Assembly: GCA_022605425.2 (NCBI GenBank)
Contig: CM061247.1
Location: 372,001-436,000, forward strand
DNA length: 64,000 nucleotides
Reading direction: 5' to 3'
From: Hamiltosporidium tvaerminnensis FI-OER-3-3
Taxonomy: Eukaryota > Fungi > Microsporidia
Position 1 is the stretch's first letter. Each line of letters begins with the position of its first letter. Shown piece by piece: positions 35,901-48,249 of this stretch. The position numbers and the translations under genes are program-made. Under the pieces are notes generated by a model that saw nothing but the letters and a program-made list of their open reading frames with translations, made no database searches and was not told the origin of the DNA.

Positions 35901-38694
35901 CGAAGAAACACCATTACCATCTAAAAAAGAAACTTTGGAAAATAAATCTTTAAATAATTTAAGCACCACGATTTTTACAGATGAAAATAAAAAAATTGAT
36001 TTTGAAAGAAAGAAATCTATTTTTGAGAAACCAGAAAAAGAAAAATATAATTTAAAGACACATGAAGTAGGAAAACCAATTTATTTACCAAAACAAGCAA
36101 ATATTTTAGATTCGACCGAAGTAGGAAAACCAATTTATTTACCAAAACAAGCAAATATTTTAGATTCAAAAGAACAAATCACTCCACTAACCACACACGA
36201 AGTAGGAAAACCAATTCATTTACCCAAACAAGCAAATATTTTAGATTCAAAAGAACAAATCACTCCACTAAGCACACAAGAAGTAGTAAAACATGAAAAA
36301 CATATTCATCCACCAAAAAACCCAAACATTTTACATTCAAAACCATCTTCGCTATTCCTAAAAACAAAAGTAATAACTTTAATTCCACTCAAATCTCTAA
36401 CCAATACTTCAATTCCCACAAAAAATATTCCACTTTTCAGATTATTCATCCGACCACTCAAATACAAAGAAATACCCACTCTTCATAAAATAAGAGATAA
36501 TAGAAAAGAAGAATTTAAACAAGAAAAACTTGAATGTCCCCATCTCTCCACTGTTTATGATTTGTTACTTGTAAATGATATTTCACATTTTGAATCCCCA
36601 CATTTCTACGACAAAAGTAATTTTCTAAAGACATTGAACAGAGAATTGAACAATGAATCAGAAAAAAATCAAAATAATGAATTAGATAAGACATTAAACA
36701 CGGATTTAAGAAATATTAATCCCAGAAATAATAAAGACATGTCACATTCTTCACCCACTAATACTAGAAATAATACCAATACTAATATTTCTGATACTTA
36801 CAATATTCTAAATACCTTTCTAAGTAACAAATACACTGCACTTCAATCTTCTATAAACACAGACACTCTCCTATCTCTCTGTTTATCTCTTTCAAACACA
36901 AAAGTAAGAAACAACATTATTTTTAAATATTTAAATACATTTTTAAGTTCAAAAAACCCGTATTTTTTTATTATTTTAGCGGGAATTCTAGAAAATGAAA
37001 ATATTACAAAAAATCAGTTATTTAATTTTTCACCACCCAATCTTTTATATGAAAATTCACAAAAATATTTTATGGATGTTTTTCATACTAAAAATGTTTT
37101 TTTTATACATTTTTTTGTACAAAAAGTTTTACAACTGAATAGAATTACTGGTATTTATATTCTTACAGTTTATACTCTTCTGACACTAAATGAATGTAAC
37201 AGTGTAGATAGTATGGATAGTAGAGTAGGTATTATGGATAGAAATAGTACTAGATTAGAAATAGATAATATAATGTATAATAAGCAATCTAACACACCCT
37301 CTAATACTCAATCTAATGTGTTCTCTTTATTTCCTTTTTTAAAATATTTCTGTTACAATTTTTATACCTTGAAATTTCTTTTTCATTTAGAAATTTTTAT
37401 AAAGAAATCTTTTAATGACATAAATATATTTACAGTACCTAATCTAAATCCTGACTCACATCTAAACTCAATTCCTAATCAAAATTATAATTTTGATTTA
37501 AATACTTTGAAATATTTATATTTACAGGTTTGTATTGAAGGTAATAGAAAAGATATTGGTGGATTATATTATAACGAATGTAAGAATATATTTACAGGTA
37601 ATAAATTAATATATTTAGATAATTATTATAAAGAGAAAGGATGGATGCCATTTTTTGGGTTTAGAAGTGTTGTAGATAGAAGTATTTCAAGAATTGTAGG
37701 TATAGAAGAGAATAAAGATGAAAAGAAAGGGAAGGAGTTTGTTAATATAAATGAAGGATTGAGAAATGAAAATTTAACTGAAGGATTGAGAAATGAAAAT
37801 GTAAATGAAGGATCGATAAATGAAAATGTAACTGAAGGACAATTACAAGAAAATTCAAATAAAAAACCGAATTTTCAAATCATAAACGAAGAAGAAATTA
37901 AAGAATTTGATTTTACAAAAGAAGAAATACAAGAAAATACAAAAGAAGTAAAAGAAATTAAATTTACAAGGAAAGAAGAGCTGAAACAAGAAGGATTGCA
38001 AGAACAGATACAAGAAGTATTTCATGAGAATATGAACCAAGAGAATATAAACCAAGAGAATATAAACCATGAAAAAAATCATGAGAATACACAACCATCC
38101 CTATCTTCTTCTTTCTATATAAACAAGCAGTATGCACAAAGTTTTGCAGACTTTTTTACAGATGAACACACATCAGAAGAAGTAAAAACAATGGACGATT
38201 CTAACATTACAAATAAATATTTTAATTTCGAAGATGAACCATCAAACAACATACAATCTAATAAACAAAATAATAAACAATCACTTATACAGTCTAAGAC
38301 AGAAAATGAAGGGAAAAGTGGTTTTTTTAGTTTTTTTAATGTTTTTAACCGTAAAAAGGTACAAAAAGTCAAACTTACAGGACAAAGTGACTTTAAATAC
38401 GATCCTGTCAGTAAAAAATGGGTATTTAGTGGGAATGTAACTGGAGGAGTAAGTGAAGTAGATAAAAAGAATAGTAAAGATAAAAAGGATAGTAAAGATA
38501 AGAGTGATAGTAAGGAGAAGAGTGATGTGGTAAAGAAAGTAGAGAGTAAAGAACCGTTACCACCAACATTGCAGCCTACATTACAACCCATCATACCACC
38601 TTCTATAACTAAACAATCTAGTAGTAAGAAAATGGATGGTAGGATCAGTAGTAGGTATGTTATCAGTAAAGGCAAGCCTAAAAGTGAAGAATAA
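32965..38694 (+). CDS. SEC16: Sec16-like COPII scaffold, about 1900 aa, interrupted by two compensating single-base frameshifts (~34225 and ~35288)
   Basis: Continuous acidic low-complexity coding through frames 1-2-1; frame 1 is open from ~35290 to 38694. The C-terminus has GFFSFF, KVKLTGQSDFKYDPVSKKWV, a Pro-rich stretch and SSRYV, which resemble fungal Sec16 C-terminal motifs. CCC at 32936-32938. Confidence 0.6.
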
Positions 38695-38845
38695 CTATAA
38701 AATAAAGAGTTAAGTGTTTTATACTTATTATAGAGTTTAATGTGAGTTATTATTGTATGTTTTATATGTTATACTTATTATACGTATTATAGTGGTTTAT
38801 TTTTATTATTATGATCATTATTATTCTTACTATTACTTATTATGA

Positions 38846-40254
38846 AGGTTTTTCGATCAATATAATAATATAATCCTTGCAATCAATAAAATGGTTATTT
38901 TTAACGAATAAAAATTTATAAAAATAAAAGTATAAATAGAACTTGAGACTTATTATTCAAGAAAAATTTGTCCTTTTTTACCTTCTGCAAATATCCTAAC
39001 ATTTTTCGATAAAAGAAACAAAATTTTCTCGCGCGATTCCATTGAATTTTTCCCAAATTAATATTATCCTGAGGTTCAATACGAGCACCACCTCGAATCA
39101 CATTATTTTCCTAGACCGAGAATATATTTTTAATTGCATTACGAAATGGAGAGTAAGGTGGAAGGTATTTTATTTGATACGAGCAAATTTCCTCATCATC
39201 ATTAAATGACGATAGTGATAAATTTTTGCATTATCGTTTACAAGTATAGGAGTTGAACTTCCTTGCCGTTGAGAACTTTCATTAATCTCCTTAATGGATA
39301 ATTCGAAGTCCTTTCTATTTACGGCCCTATCATTAATCTTGTGGTATATCATACCATACGGCTTCATTGCTGCAGCGAATAATTATTTCTACTTCGGGCT
39401 GCAGTCACAGATAGGTATTCTGATTCACCCCAACATAGTACGGCCTCTACAGGGGCGTTTTACTACCGCAAATCCAACTTCATTAAAAAGAAAAGTTTTT
39501 ATCATTGTTTTCAATTTCTAATTTAAGAAAACTAGTTGCGTAATTAGTCCTGAGCTTAATTGTCGAAGGTGAATTTCTACGCTCAGGCACTAATGTTACA
39601 CGCTTTAGAGTGTAATCAAACTCTCTTGGTGTGTGATCAATTGTACTAGTTGACACATATGCATTAAATCTACTTTTGACCTATTCTACGAACCCATAAT
39701 GAGTTTTTGTACACTCTGAATCAACGTAGGTTTGTAAGCTCTCTTTTATTTCCAAAGTTAACTTTGATTGCCTATCACACCCTCTTTTCTCGACAAAAAC
39801 CAGCCCAGTTTTTAGATATCGTCTAACGATACTATTACCCGACTGGTAATTTATTTGATACATTAAGGCAATTGAAGACATAGAATACCTTCCAATGTCT
39901 TTGTAATTATGAGTTCGCGATCATTATTAGAAACTATTTGTTTTCTTAGAGTTGGGATAGGAGTTATTGAGAGATTTTCATTGTGTGATCCCGATATTTC
40001 TACAAGACATTCAAAACCATTGTCATTTTATCAGTCTATACATTCAAGTGTTTACCGATATGAAAACAATATTTATCCTCGTTTGTATTTTGATCTTAAA
40101 AAAAATTTGACATTGACGCCAATTTTTAATCAAATAAATTATTTTTTTAAAATTTTTATTCGTTAAAAATTATGATATTGATTGCAAGGATTGTGATATT
40201 GATCGAAAAATTATGATATTGATTGCAAGGATTATTATATTGATCGAAAAACCC
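38846..40254 (-). mobile_element. IS630/Tc1/mariner-type DNA transposon with decayed transposase
   Basis: Terminal inverted repeats GGTTTTTCGATCAATATAATAA..TCCTTGCAATCAATA (38847-38888 and ending 40253), with TA after the right end. Transposase remnants TLKRVTLVPERRN, FLFNEVGF, ILVNDNAKIYH and YLPPYSPFRNAI. Confidence 0.88.
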
Positions 40255-41007
40255 TATATTATTATACTTATTTAAAACTTATATTTTTTTATTGAATTTT
40301 AATGTTATTTTGTTATAAATTATATTTCTTTTTTGTTTTTATTCAATCATCTTTAATATTTAAGTGCCTCATATATTTATAGGTCTTTAGTTTCTTTTAT
40401 TTCGTTATATTAAGGGTTTAATGTTTTATTAGTTTAATAGAACAAGGTGATTGTATTTATTATATATGTATGTGTTGTTATAATTAGTTCCTTCTATAAA
40501 ATCAATGGTTTTTCTTTTCTATCTCTTTAATATATTTGTACTATTAATGTTCTTATTAAAATAAACATTTATGTATTAAGAGATTGAATAACGGATATGT
40601 TTTTATATATTTGTATTATTAATGTTCTCATTAAAACAGACATTAGAATATAAAAACGATAGAATCTAAAACTTGTTTTCACCTGTTTATTTTTAAATAT
40701 TCTTTTTCAAAACAAGCATTAATGTATCAAATATATAAAACCTATATTTTTATATTTCTATCTCAATTTAATATCTCTTTTCTTATAAATCAGGTGGTTT
40801 GTGTAATTATTCTCAATTTTTCAGAATATTACCATTGTCTATAATCTTACATAAACAAAGAAATAATTCTTATTTAGAAATTAAAAAATATTTCATATAT
40901 CTTAAAGAAATATCTATATTTTATCATTTGTATATCTAATATATAAACATGTTAGTATATAAAGTTTTAATCTACATTTTTTGAATATTTTTTGTATATC
41001 TGTAAAA

Positions 41008-41192
41008 AAATATAAAACTTTGTAATATCTCAAATACCTCTTTTAATAATTCATTATCTAAAATAAAAAAATATAAAACTTTGTAATATCTCAAATACTT
41101 CTGTTAAGAATTCATTATCTAAAATAAAATACATAAAACTTTGTAATATCTCAAATACTTCTGTTAATAATTCATTATCTAAAATAAAATAC
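41008..41192. repeat. ~60-bp tandem repeat, 3 copies
   Basis: ataaaactttgtaatatctcaaatac..attcattatctaaaataaaa occurs three times. Confidence 0.85.
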
Positions 41193-42227
41193 AATATTAC
41201 TTATTTTATCAAATTAATATTATAAACCACACGTTTTTTCTAATTTAAAATTATATAAGTTTCTTTTATTATTATCTGTTATTATAAAATATTATATAAC
41301 AGATAATAATTCCTTTTCCCATTTCTTATACTACTATATTACAACAGATATATTAAAATATATTATTCATAAAAAACAAAAAATAATCAAATAAGATACT
41401 AACATAGAGGATATAATATCTTGTATATCATAAAATATATTTACTCAGTTATTAAAACACATGTTTTTACTTCCTCTAAATCAAATAAGATTTATAATTC
41501 ATTTATATTACCAATACTAATAGTAATTCTTATAATAACTTCTTAATCTCTTTTATAGTATAATTCATTTATATTACTAATACTAATAGTTACATACACC
41601 TATGTTAAAAAAACATATAATTTGTTTTAATCGTAACTATAATACAATAATACTAGTATTATAAGAATATAACTTTTAGTATTATAATAAGAATATTATA
41701 ATACTTTATCATTCTTAAAATCTATAAATAAATAAGTAAATAAGTAAATAAGTGATTCTTATAAATAAGTGATTCATTAAATAAGGGATTCATTAAATAA
41801 GGGATTCTTAAAATAAGTGATTCTGTAATTATTTACATCTTTAATTTTATAATTCTTTAATTTAAATCCTAACCAACACACATATATATTAAAAACAGAA
41901 GGGTACATGAAAAATATAATTAAATAAATCTTAAAAAGAAACTTAAAATTATAAAAAAATAAAAATAGAAATCTTAATAATAAATCTTAAAAATTATAAA
42001 AAGCTTAATTATTAAATAAATAAATTAAATAATTAATTAATTAAATTAAATAATAAATCTTAAAAATTATAAAAAGCTTAATTATTAAATAAATTAAAAA
42101 ATATAATATAATAAGAACATTTCATTTAATGAAACCCTTCTTACCAATACCACCTCCTATCCATACCACTCCTATCCATACCCTATCTTATCAATACCAT
42201 ACCATACCCTAATACCCTAAACACACA

Positions 42228-43680
42228 TCACTCTACAAACCCTATATTCCCATTCTTCATATTCTCCTTTGTAAAAAGTTCAAAATACTGCCAAACAATA
42301 GAAACAGCCAAAATAATATTTGTTCCACTTCCTATAGTATCCATAAGATTAGCCAAAACACATACCAATCCAATAAAAAATCCTCCTAAAAAAGCAGCAG
42401 TAGGAATATACTTACCAAGAACTTCTGGTACATTCTTTTCTCTAACTCCTTTTAAAGTCATTTTATTTCTTTTAAGTTGTTTTGCTACATCAAACTGATT
42501 ACTTTCACTTACATCAATCCAAGTCCTTGAAAAAAAAGCTGCACTTAAAAGCATAAACGAAAGGTAAATAAGAAAATGCAACGGTTTTTTCAATGCCTCA
42601 GTAAAACTTTCAGGTGGATAAATAAAACTACACAACCCATTTATAGGAACATACCTTCTATTCTCATTTACACTCCAAACACCTAAAATTCTAACCAATA
42701 AAAAATTAGGAAATTTGTCATATAAAAATCTACTAATAGTAGATGTATGAGATACAAGGTAACTCTGTAATATTACTGGCATAGTAGATGAATATAAAAG
42801 TTTTATAGGCCATTTACCAGTTACTCCTTTTACTTGTGTACTCTCTGTAGGTAATTCTACTCTTAATCCTTGTAAGTAAATAACCAATCCAAATATAAAA
42901 ATCGTTCCAAATAAAGAACTTAAATTTGGCAAATTTTTTCTAAATAAAATTTCATAAAAACCTGCCATTTTATTTCTTCTAATAAAAATTAAATGTAAAA
43001 ATGCTATTAAAGACCCCTCAAATTCAATACCTCGAGCAGTAGTAAAAACTTTGGGACTAAAAGCTTTCCAAAGTATACTTTCACACACATTAGTAGCTAT
43101 AAACAGATTTACACCAGATCCAAGTCCATATCCTTTCTGAAGTAACTCATCAAGTAAAATTACAATAACTCCACTAAATATAAGTTGTACTACTAAAAGA
43201 AAACAAGTAGGTATTCCTATAGAAGAAGGATTACCATAAAAACCTGTAGTAACTTGTACTACAGCTTGTCCTACAGTCATAATCAAACTTATAAGTTTTT
43301 GAGATGCATTAAATAAAATTCGATCCTCTTTTACACTGTAATTTACTTTAAGTAAATCTGAATGTGTTAACATCTGTAATACCATACTAGTAGTAACAAC
43401 AGGTGATATTCCTAAATCCATAAGTGTTCCTTTATTAGAAGCCATCATCATTCTCATCCAATATAAAGGATCTGAAGTGTCACTACTCATTATACCAAAT
43501 AAAGGTACTTGTGAACATATAAGGTATATAAGAAGTGCTACAGATGTCCATAAAAATTTCTCTTGGAAAAATATTTGTCGGCCTGGTGATTGTACTTCAG
43601 GAAGGTACGGTACAAATGGTTTTATTAGGGAAAGTATGTTGTCTTAAATTAGAATCTTCTGTTTTACACTTACATGTCAT
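42228..43680 (-). CDS. SEC61: Protein translocon subunit Sec61 alpha, 473 aa, two exons (43680-43674 and 43642-42228)
   Basis: SDPLYWMRMMMASNKGTLMDLGISP, LLDELLQKGYGLGSGVNLFIATN, GSGTNIILAV. Splicing a 31-nt intron restores MTYNILSLIKPFVPYLPEV..QVPLFGI in frame. CCC lies 9-11 nt upstream of the ATG. Confidence 0.95.
43643..43673 (-). other. Spliceosomal intron, 31 nt, in Sec61 alpha
   Basis: GTAAGTGTAAAACAGAAGATTCTAATTTAAG has a GTAAGT donor, CTAAT branch point and AG acceptor. Its removal restores the frame. Confidence 0.9.
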
Positions 43681-43754
43681 TTATGTGTGGGTTGTTTCTT
43701 TTAAATTTATAAAAAGAAAAGAAATAAATTAAAAAATAAAAATTTATGTGGGAT

Positions 43755-44120
43755 TAGAGAGGGGGGTGGATTGGAGGGGGGTGTTAGTGTAGTAGTTGTT
43801 AGAGTTATATAAGAGTTATAGTTATATGAGTAGTATATAAGAGGGGTGTTGATAATAGTAGTTATATATAAGAGGGTGTTAGTGTAGTGTAGATGTTAGA
43901 GTTATATAAGAGGGTGTTAATTATATGAGTAGTATATAAGAGGGGTGTTAGTGTAGTAGATGGTTAGAGTTATATATAAGAGTTATAGTTATATGAGTAG
44001 TATATAAGAGGGGTGTTATTGATTAGAGTTATATATAGTAGGGGTGTTAGTGTAGTAGTAGGTGGTAGAGTTATATATATACTTATAGGTAAGAGGGTGT
44101 TATATATACTTATATATATA
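43755..44120. repeat. Strand-asymmetric minisatellite, nearly C-free on the + strand
   Basis: Recurring gggtgttagtgtagt, tagagttatataagag and ttatatgagtagtatataagagggg. Confidence 0.85.
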
Positions 44121-44189
44121 ACAGGTGATTTTTAGAGTTAAAGAGGTATTGTAGTCATAAATTTTTTACTTTTTAAAACTTTAACGAAG

Positions 44190-44520
44190 AATTACTTCCC
44201 AAGATTTACTTCAAATAGTTGAAACTGAAAAACTTAGAAATTATGACTTATTAGTCAATGAGTTAGGTCTTATTTATAAATGTAATGTTGAGATAATTCG
44301 AAAAACTTAGAAATTATGACTTATTAGCTAATGAGTTAGGTCTTATTTATAAATGTAATGTTGAGATAATTCCTTATGTGATAACCTGGGACGATATTGT
44401 GACAAAATATTATAATATATATCTTAAAATACTATAAATATTTAGATATGTAGAGGTATATATCTAGTAGATAGTATTTAATAAGAAAGTAAGGATTAAA
44501 TTATGAGGAGAGTTAAGAGA
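44190..44520 (+). mobile_element. Degenerate REL-domain fragment of the non-LTR family, with an internal 73-bp tandem duplication
   Basis: Reads ITSQDLLQIVETEKLRNYDLLVNELGLIYKCNVEII (duplicated at 44227 and 44300), then PYVITWDDIVTKY. Confidence 0.85.
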
Positions 44521-45044
44521 TATGTATGGGCTATTTAGAGGTACTAGATTTACTTGGAATTTCTTTATCATAAAGACAAGTAGGTATTAAGTAATATGGT
44601 GTTAAACATTTTTAAAAAGAAGAAATAATTCTTACATTATTTTTATAGAAGAATTATACTAAAGAAACCTACAATAAATAAAATAAAGAGTCAGATTTAA
44701 AGAAGAATATATGGTGATTTAATAGATGAAAAAGGAATGTTTGAAAACTACTGTTTAAACTTATAATTTAAATATATATGTGTTATTTTAGGTGGTTTCA
44801 AGGTAAAATTATAACAAGGTTAAAAATATGTTTGATGAAACAAGAATGTTTAAAAACCAAGAATATAATCAAAATATTGTTCAAACCATATTAAACATAG
44901 AAAAAAAATATTATAAGTAGATAAAGGATAAAACTTATAATTACGGTGTATAATATAGAAATAAGTATTATGACTTTATTTAAAAAGTAATTTAAAATTT
45001 GATAAAAAAAATATTTAAATAAAGAAATTTATCAAAAATAAATT

Positions 45045-45085
45045 AATTTTTATTTAATAAAATTCTGAGTTAAAATATTTTTACC
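45045..45085 (-). mobile_element. Very short 3'-terminal stub of the REL non-LTR family
   Basis: aatttttatttaataaaattctgagttaa matches the element ends at ~8183 and ~53538. Confidence 0.5.
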
Positions 45086-45237
45086 ATTTCTGGTATGCTT
45101 CTTATATTTTTAATATGATTCTATATTTTTTTTAAATTTTAGGTTTTTTTAATTTATTTGAAAAACGTGGAAATAAAAATTTTTTTAGAAAATTTAATTT
45201 ATAAAAGAGATATATTGCCCAAACAAATTCAAAATTA

Positions 45238-45879
45238 ATGAGTGACACATATTTTAAAATAATACAAATTATAGAAAAGTATGATGATTTAGAGAGAAAA
45301 GAGTTAATAGATTTTTATATAGAAACGTGTGGTAATGAAATATCTTGTAAAAATAATACTTCAAAAAATACATTTATTTTGATTATGGATTTAATAAAAC
45401 TTACAGAAAAGTACAATTTACCTTTTGAAAAGGTAAAAAATGTGGTTTTAAATGCTGTAGAATTAAAGGTTTTACATTTGCGAGCAATTATTTTAGACAC
45501 AATTGAAATAGATTATTCAGCTGATATAGAAAGTTTCTATGGATGTGAAAAATGGATGAAAAATATTATTAAGGATCTTAAACATACTATTTGTGGTTCT
45601 AAGGAAGTATATACGTTGTTCTGTAAACATTTTTTAGAAGAATGTCTGAATGTATTTGTGTCTGGACAGAATAAATTTGGATTTTATGGAAACCAATTGG
45701 TTGTAAATTTTATTTACTTTAGAAAATACATTTCTAAATTTACTGATTACAATTTTCAATCATTTTTTGAAACTTTAATTTCGCATTTTGAAGAAAATAA
45801 ATTTTATGGTTTTAAGGAAATATTAAATAAATTAAAAATTAATAAAGAAATAAAAAATGGAGGAAATCAAATATTTTGA
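45238..45879 (+). CDS. Hypothetical helical protein
   Basis: 213-aa ORF with CCC at 45218-45220. KFGFYGNQLVVNFIYF weakly recalls CATCHR tethering-subunit C-termini; unconfirmed. Confidence 0.65.
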   Translation: MSDTYFKIIQIIEKYDDLERKELIDFYIETCGNEISCKNNTSKNTFILIMDLIKLTEKYNLPFEKVKNVVLNAVELKVLHLRAIILDTIEIDYSADIESFYGCEKWMKNIIKDLKHTICGSKEVYTLFCKHFLEECLNVFVSGQNKFGFYGNQLVVNFIYFRKYISKFTDYNFQSFFETLISHFEENKFYGFKEILNKLKINKEIKNGGNQIF

Positions 45880-46424
45880 TAAAAATACAATGGAAATATG
45901 AAAAATCTATTTTTAAATCTATTAATTCATTATTTTATTATTTTATACGTTTAGTTTTTTTATGAAATTTAAGTATTTGACTATTATATTTGAAGAAAAT
46001 GTTTTATAAAATAATAAGATCAAATATGAAATATATAATAGAATGTAGAAATATTTGAAGAAAATGTTTTATAAATATATTAATCTACTATTCGAAGAAA
46101 TGAATATGTAAATATTTAAAGAATATATTATATAAATATAATAGAAGTATTTTAATAGGAAATATACAATAGAAAATATAACATTCAATGGATTTAGTTT
46201 ATTAATCTATTATTATTTACTGTAAATAAACGAATAAAGAATATTTTCGTTTGATAAGTTCTTTTGATAATCAAATGTATTTATAAAAGGAAAATAATAA
46301 TCATTAAAAATATTTTAATATCCTCTTTTTCCCGTTCTAACTATTCTATTATGTATTATTAAATTTGGTTTTAATTATTTATTATTTGAAACCTAACTAT
46401 AAGTCTCCTCAAATCGAAATCTCA

Positions 46425-47543
46425 TTAATTTGATAATAATTCATAAATCAATCCAAAATCATTTCTATCAACAAATGTAATATTTAAAGAATTACATTTT
46501 ATCAAATATTTCTTATAAATTTCTATTTTACTACAACCATAATTATTTTCAATCAATTCTTTTATAATTTCTTTATGAATATTAGATTCAATTTCTTCAT
46601 TTTTATTTTCACTTTCCATAACATCACAAATACTTATTAAACTACTTTCGCCATTCAAATATTTATCTTGAATATTATTTTCTTTATTAATTTTGTTTTC
46701 AATATTATATTTATTATTCTTAGTAATCTCACTTTCTGGATTCATTTTATTATTCGTAGTAATCTCATTTTCAATATATATTTCATTATTTTTCTTATTT
46801 TCAACATTCACTGTATTTATTTTATTATCCACATTCACTGTATTTTTCTTATTTATTTTAGATGAAATCTTATTTTTATGAATTAAATTAAATTTCTTAC
46901 TCTTACAAGTTCTTCCTTTCTTATTAGTAACATTACATTCAACTTCTTTACTCTTTTTATTAATAAGCTTTAAAATAAATTCAAACGCTTTTCTAATATC
47001 ACCATGGTGTGAATGTTTTCGAGAAATAATTTCAACGACTCCTTTCTCAACAATTTCTTCGCCAATTTCATCTTCAATTTTTTTACTTAAAATAAAAACA
47101 AAATCTTCATAACTATACGGTTTAAAAACAACAGAACAGTCACAAAATAATAAATAATTAGAAATTGTAATAACTTTACACATTCTTTCCTTCAACTTGT
47201 TTAATAATCCAACACAGACACCTTTCTTGTTCATATAAAATTTATCAAACTCATCTATTACAACCATCAAACCTTTATATTTATTTATCTCTTCAATTAT
47301 ATTTTCTTCTACTAAACAATTTACATATAAAAAATTTGTATTTTTTAATACTTTTAAAACACAAAAAGTCTTTCCACTGCCTGGATTACCACATATGTTT
47401 AATATTCCACTTCCAGTTTCTATAAACTCTTTAATTTTTCTTGTTTCATGTTCTCTTCCATATATTCTTTGATCTATTGATCTTCTAAATACTTTATTTG
47501 CTTTTAGTAAAGATTTTTCTAATTCTTTCTGTTTTATTTTCAT
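46425..47543 (-). CDS. CDC6: Cdc6/Orc1-like AAA+ ATPase
   Basis: IYGREHE, Walker A ICGNPGSGKT, Walker B VVIDEFD, FKPYS, GDIRKA, and an Asn-rich insertion. GGG motifs lie upstream of the ATG. Confidence 0.75.
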   Translation of the reverse strand: MKIKQKELEKSLLKANKVFRRSIDQRIYGREHETRKIKEFIETGSGILNICGNPGSGKTFCVLKVLKNTNFLYVNCLVEENIIEEINKYKGLMVVIDEFDKFYMNKKGVCVGLLNKLKERMCKVITISNYLLFCDCSVVFKPYSYEDFVFILSKKIEDEIGEEIVEKGVVEIISRKHSHHGDIRKAFEFILKLINKKSKEVECNVTNKKGRTCKSKKFNLIHKNKISSKINKKNTVNVDNKINTVNVENKKNNEIYIENEITTNNKMNPESEITKNNKYNIENKINKENNIQDKYLNGESSLISICDVMESENKNEEIESNIHKEIIKELIENNYGCSKIEIYKKYLIKCNSLNITFVDRNDFGLIYELLSN

Positions 47544-48249
47544 ATTTCCCTCCCCAATCTAACGTTTTTTCCCCTTAAATTGTAATAAAAATATGAAAAT
47601 TGTAATAAAAATTTGAAAATGAAAAGAGAAAATATGAAAACGGGAGGATTAAATAAGAAAGAAGAAAAAATAGGTAAATAGAAAAATAAAAATATTAAAA
47701 TGGGAAGAGTAATCACTAAAGAAGAAAAAATATGAAAATGGGAAGATTAAATAAGAAAGAAGAAAAAATAGGAAAATAAAGCAAAAAGAATTAGAAATTA
47801 AGAGAAAATATAAAAATAGATTTAATAATGAAAATAGAATTTGATTATAAAAATAGAAGAGAAATTATAAAAATAGGAAGAGAAAATTAATTTGGATTAA
47901 AAAATATGAACAAATTAATGATAGGCTGAATATTTTATATTTTTATTTTATTTATTATACATCTTTCATTGTTTCACTCTGATTTTGACTTTATATTCAA
48001 CTTTTTTTCAAATTTTTTAATTTTAATTTTTTTAGTCTCTTTGTCGATAGTGAGCAGTTATAAAAATTCATAATTGTTGTATTAAAAACATCCTTTTTTA
48101 ATCTATAACTATATCAAGGTATTTAGGTACAAGTTTCTTATATATATTAAATCAAAATATCAGATCTATAAGTTACTTTCAGATTTTCTTAATAAATAAA
48201 TATGATTAAAACCACAATAACATAATCTTAGAATATAATTATTTGCTAA

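Noticed and set aside
32883-38675. Ser/Phe/Leu-rich antisense ORFs over the Sec16-like gene (similar ones lie over Bre1, eIF5B and the LINE)
   Set aside because: Shadow frames expected opposite Glu/Lys/Asn-rich coding strands; no independent motifs.
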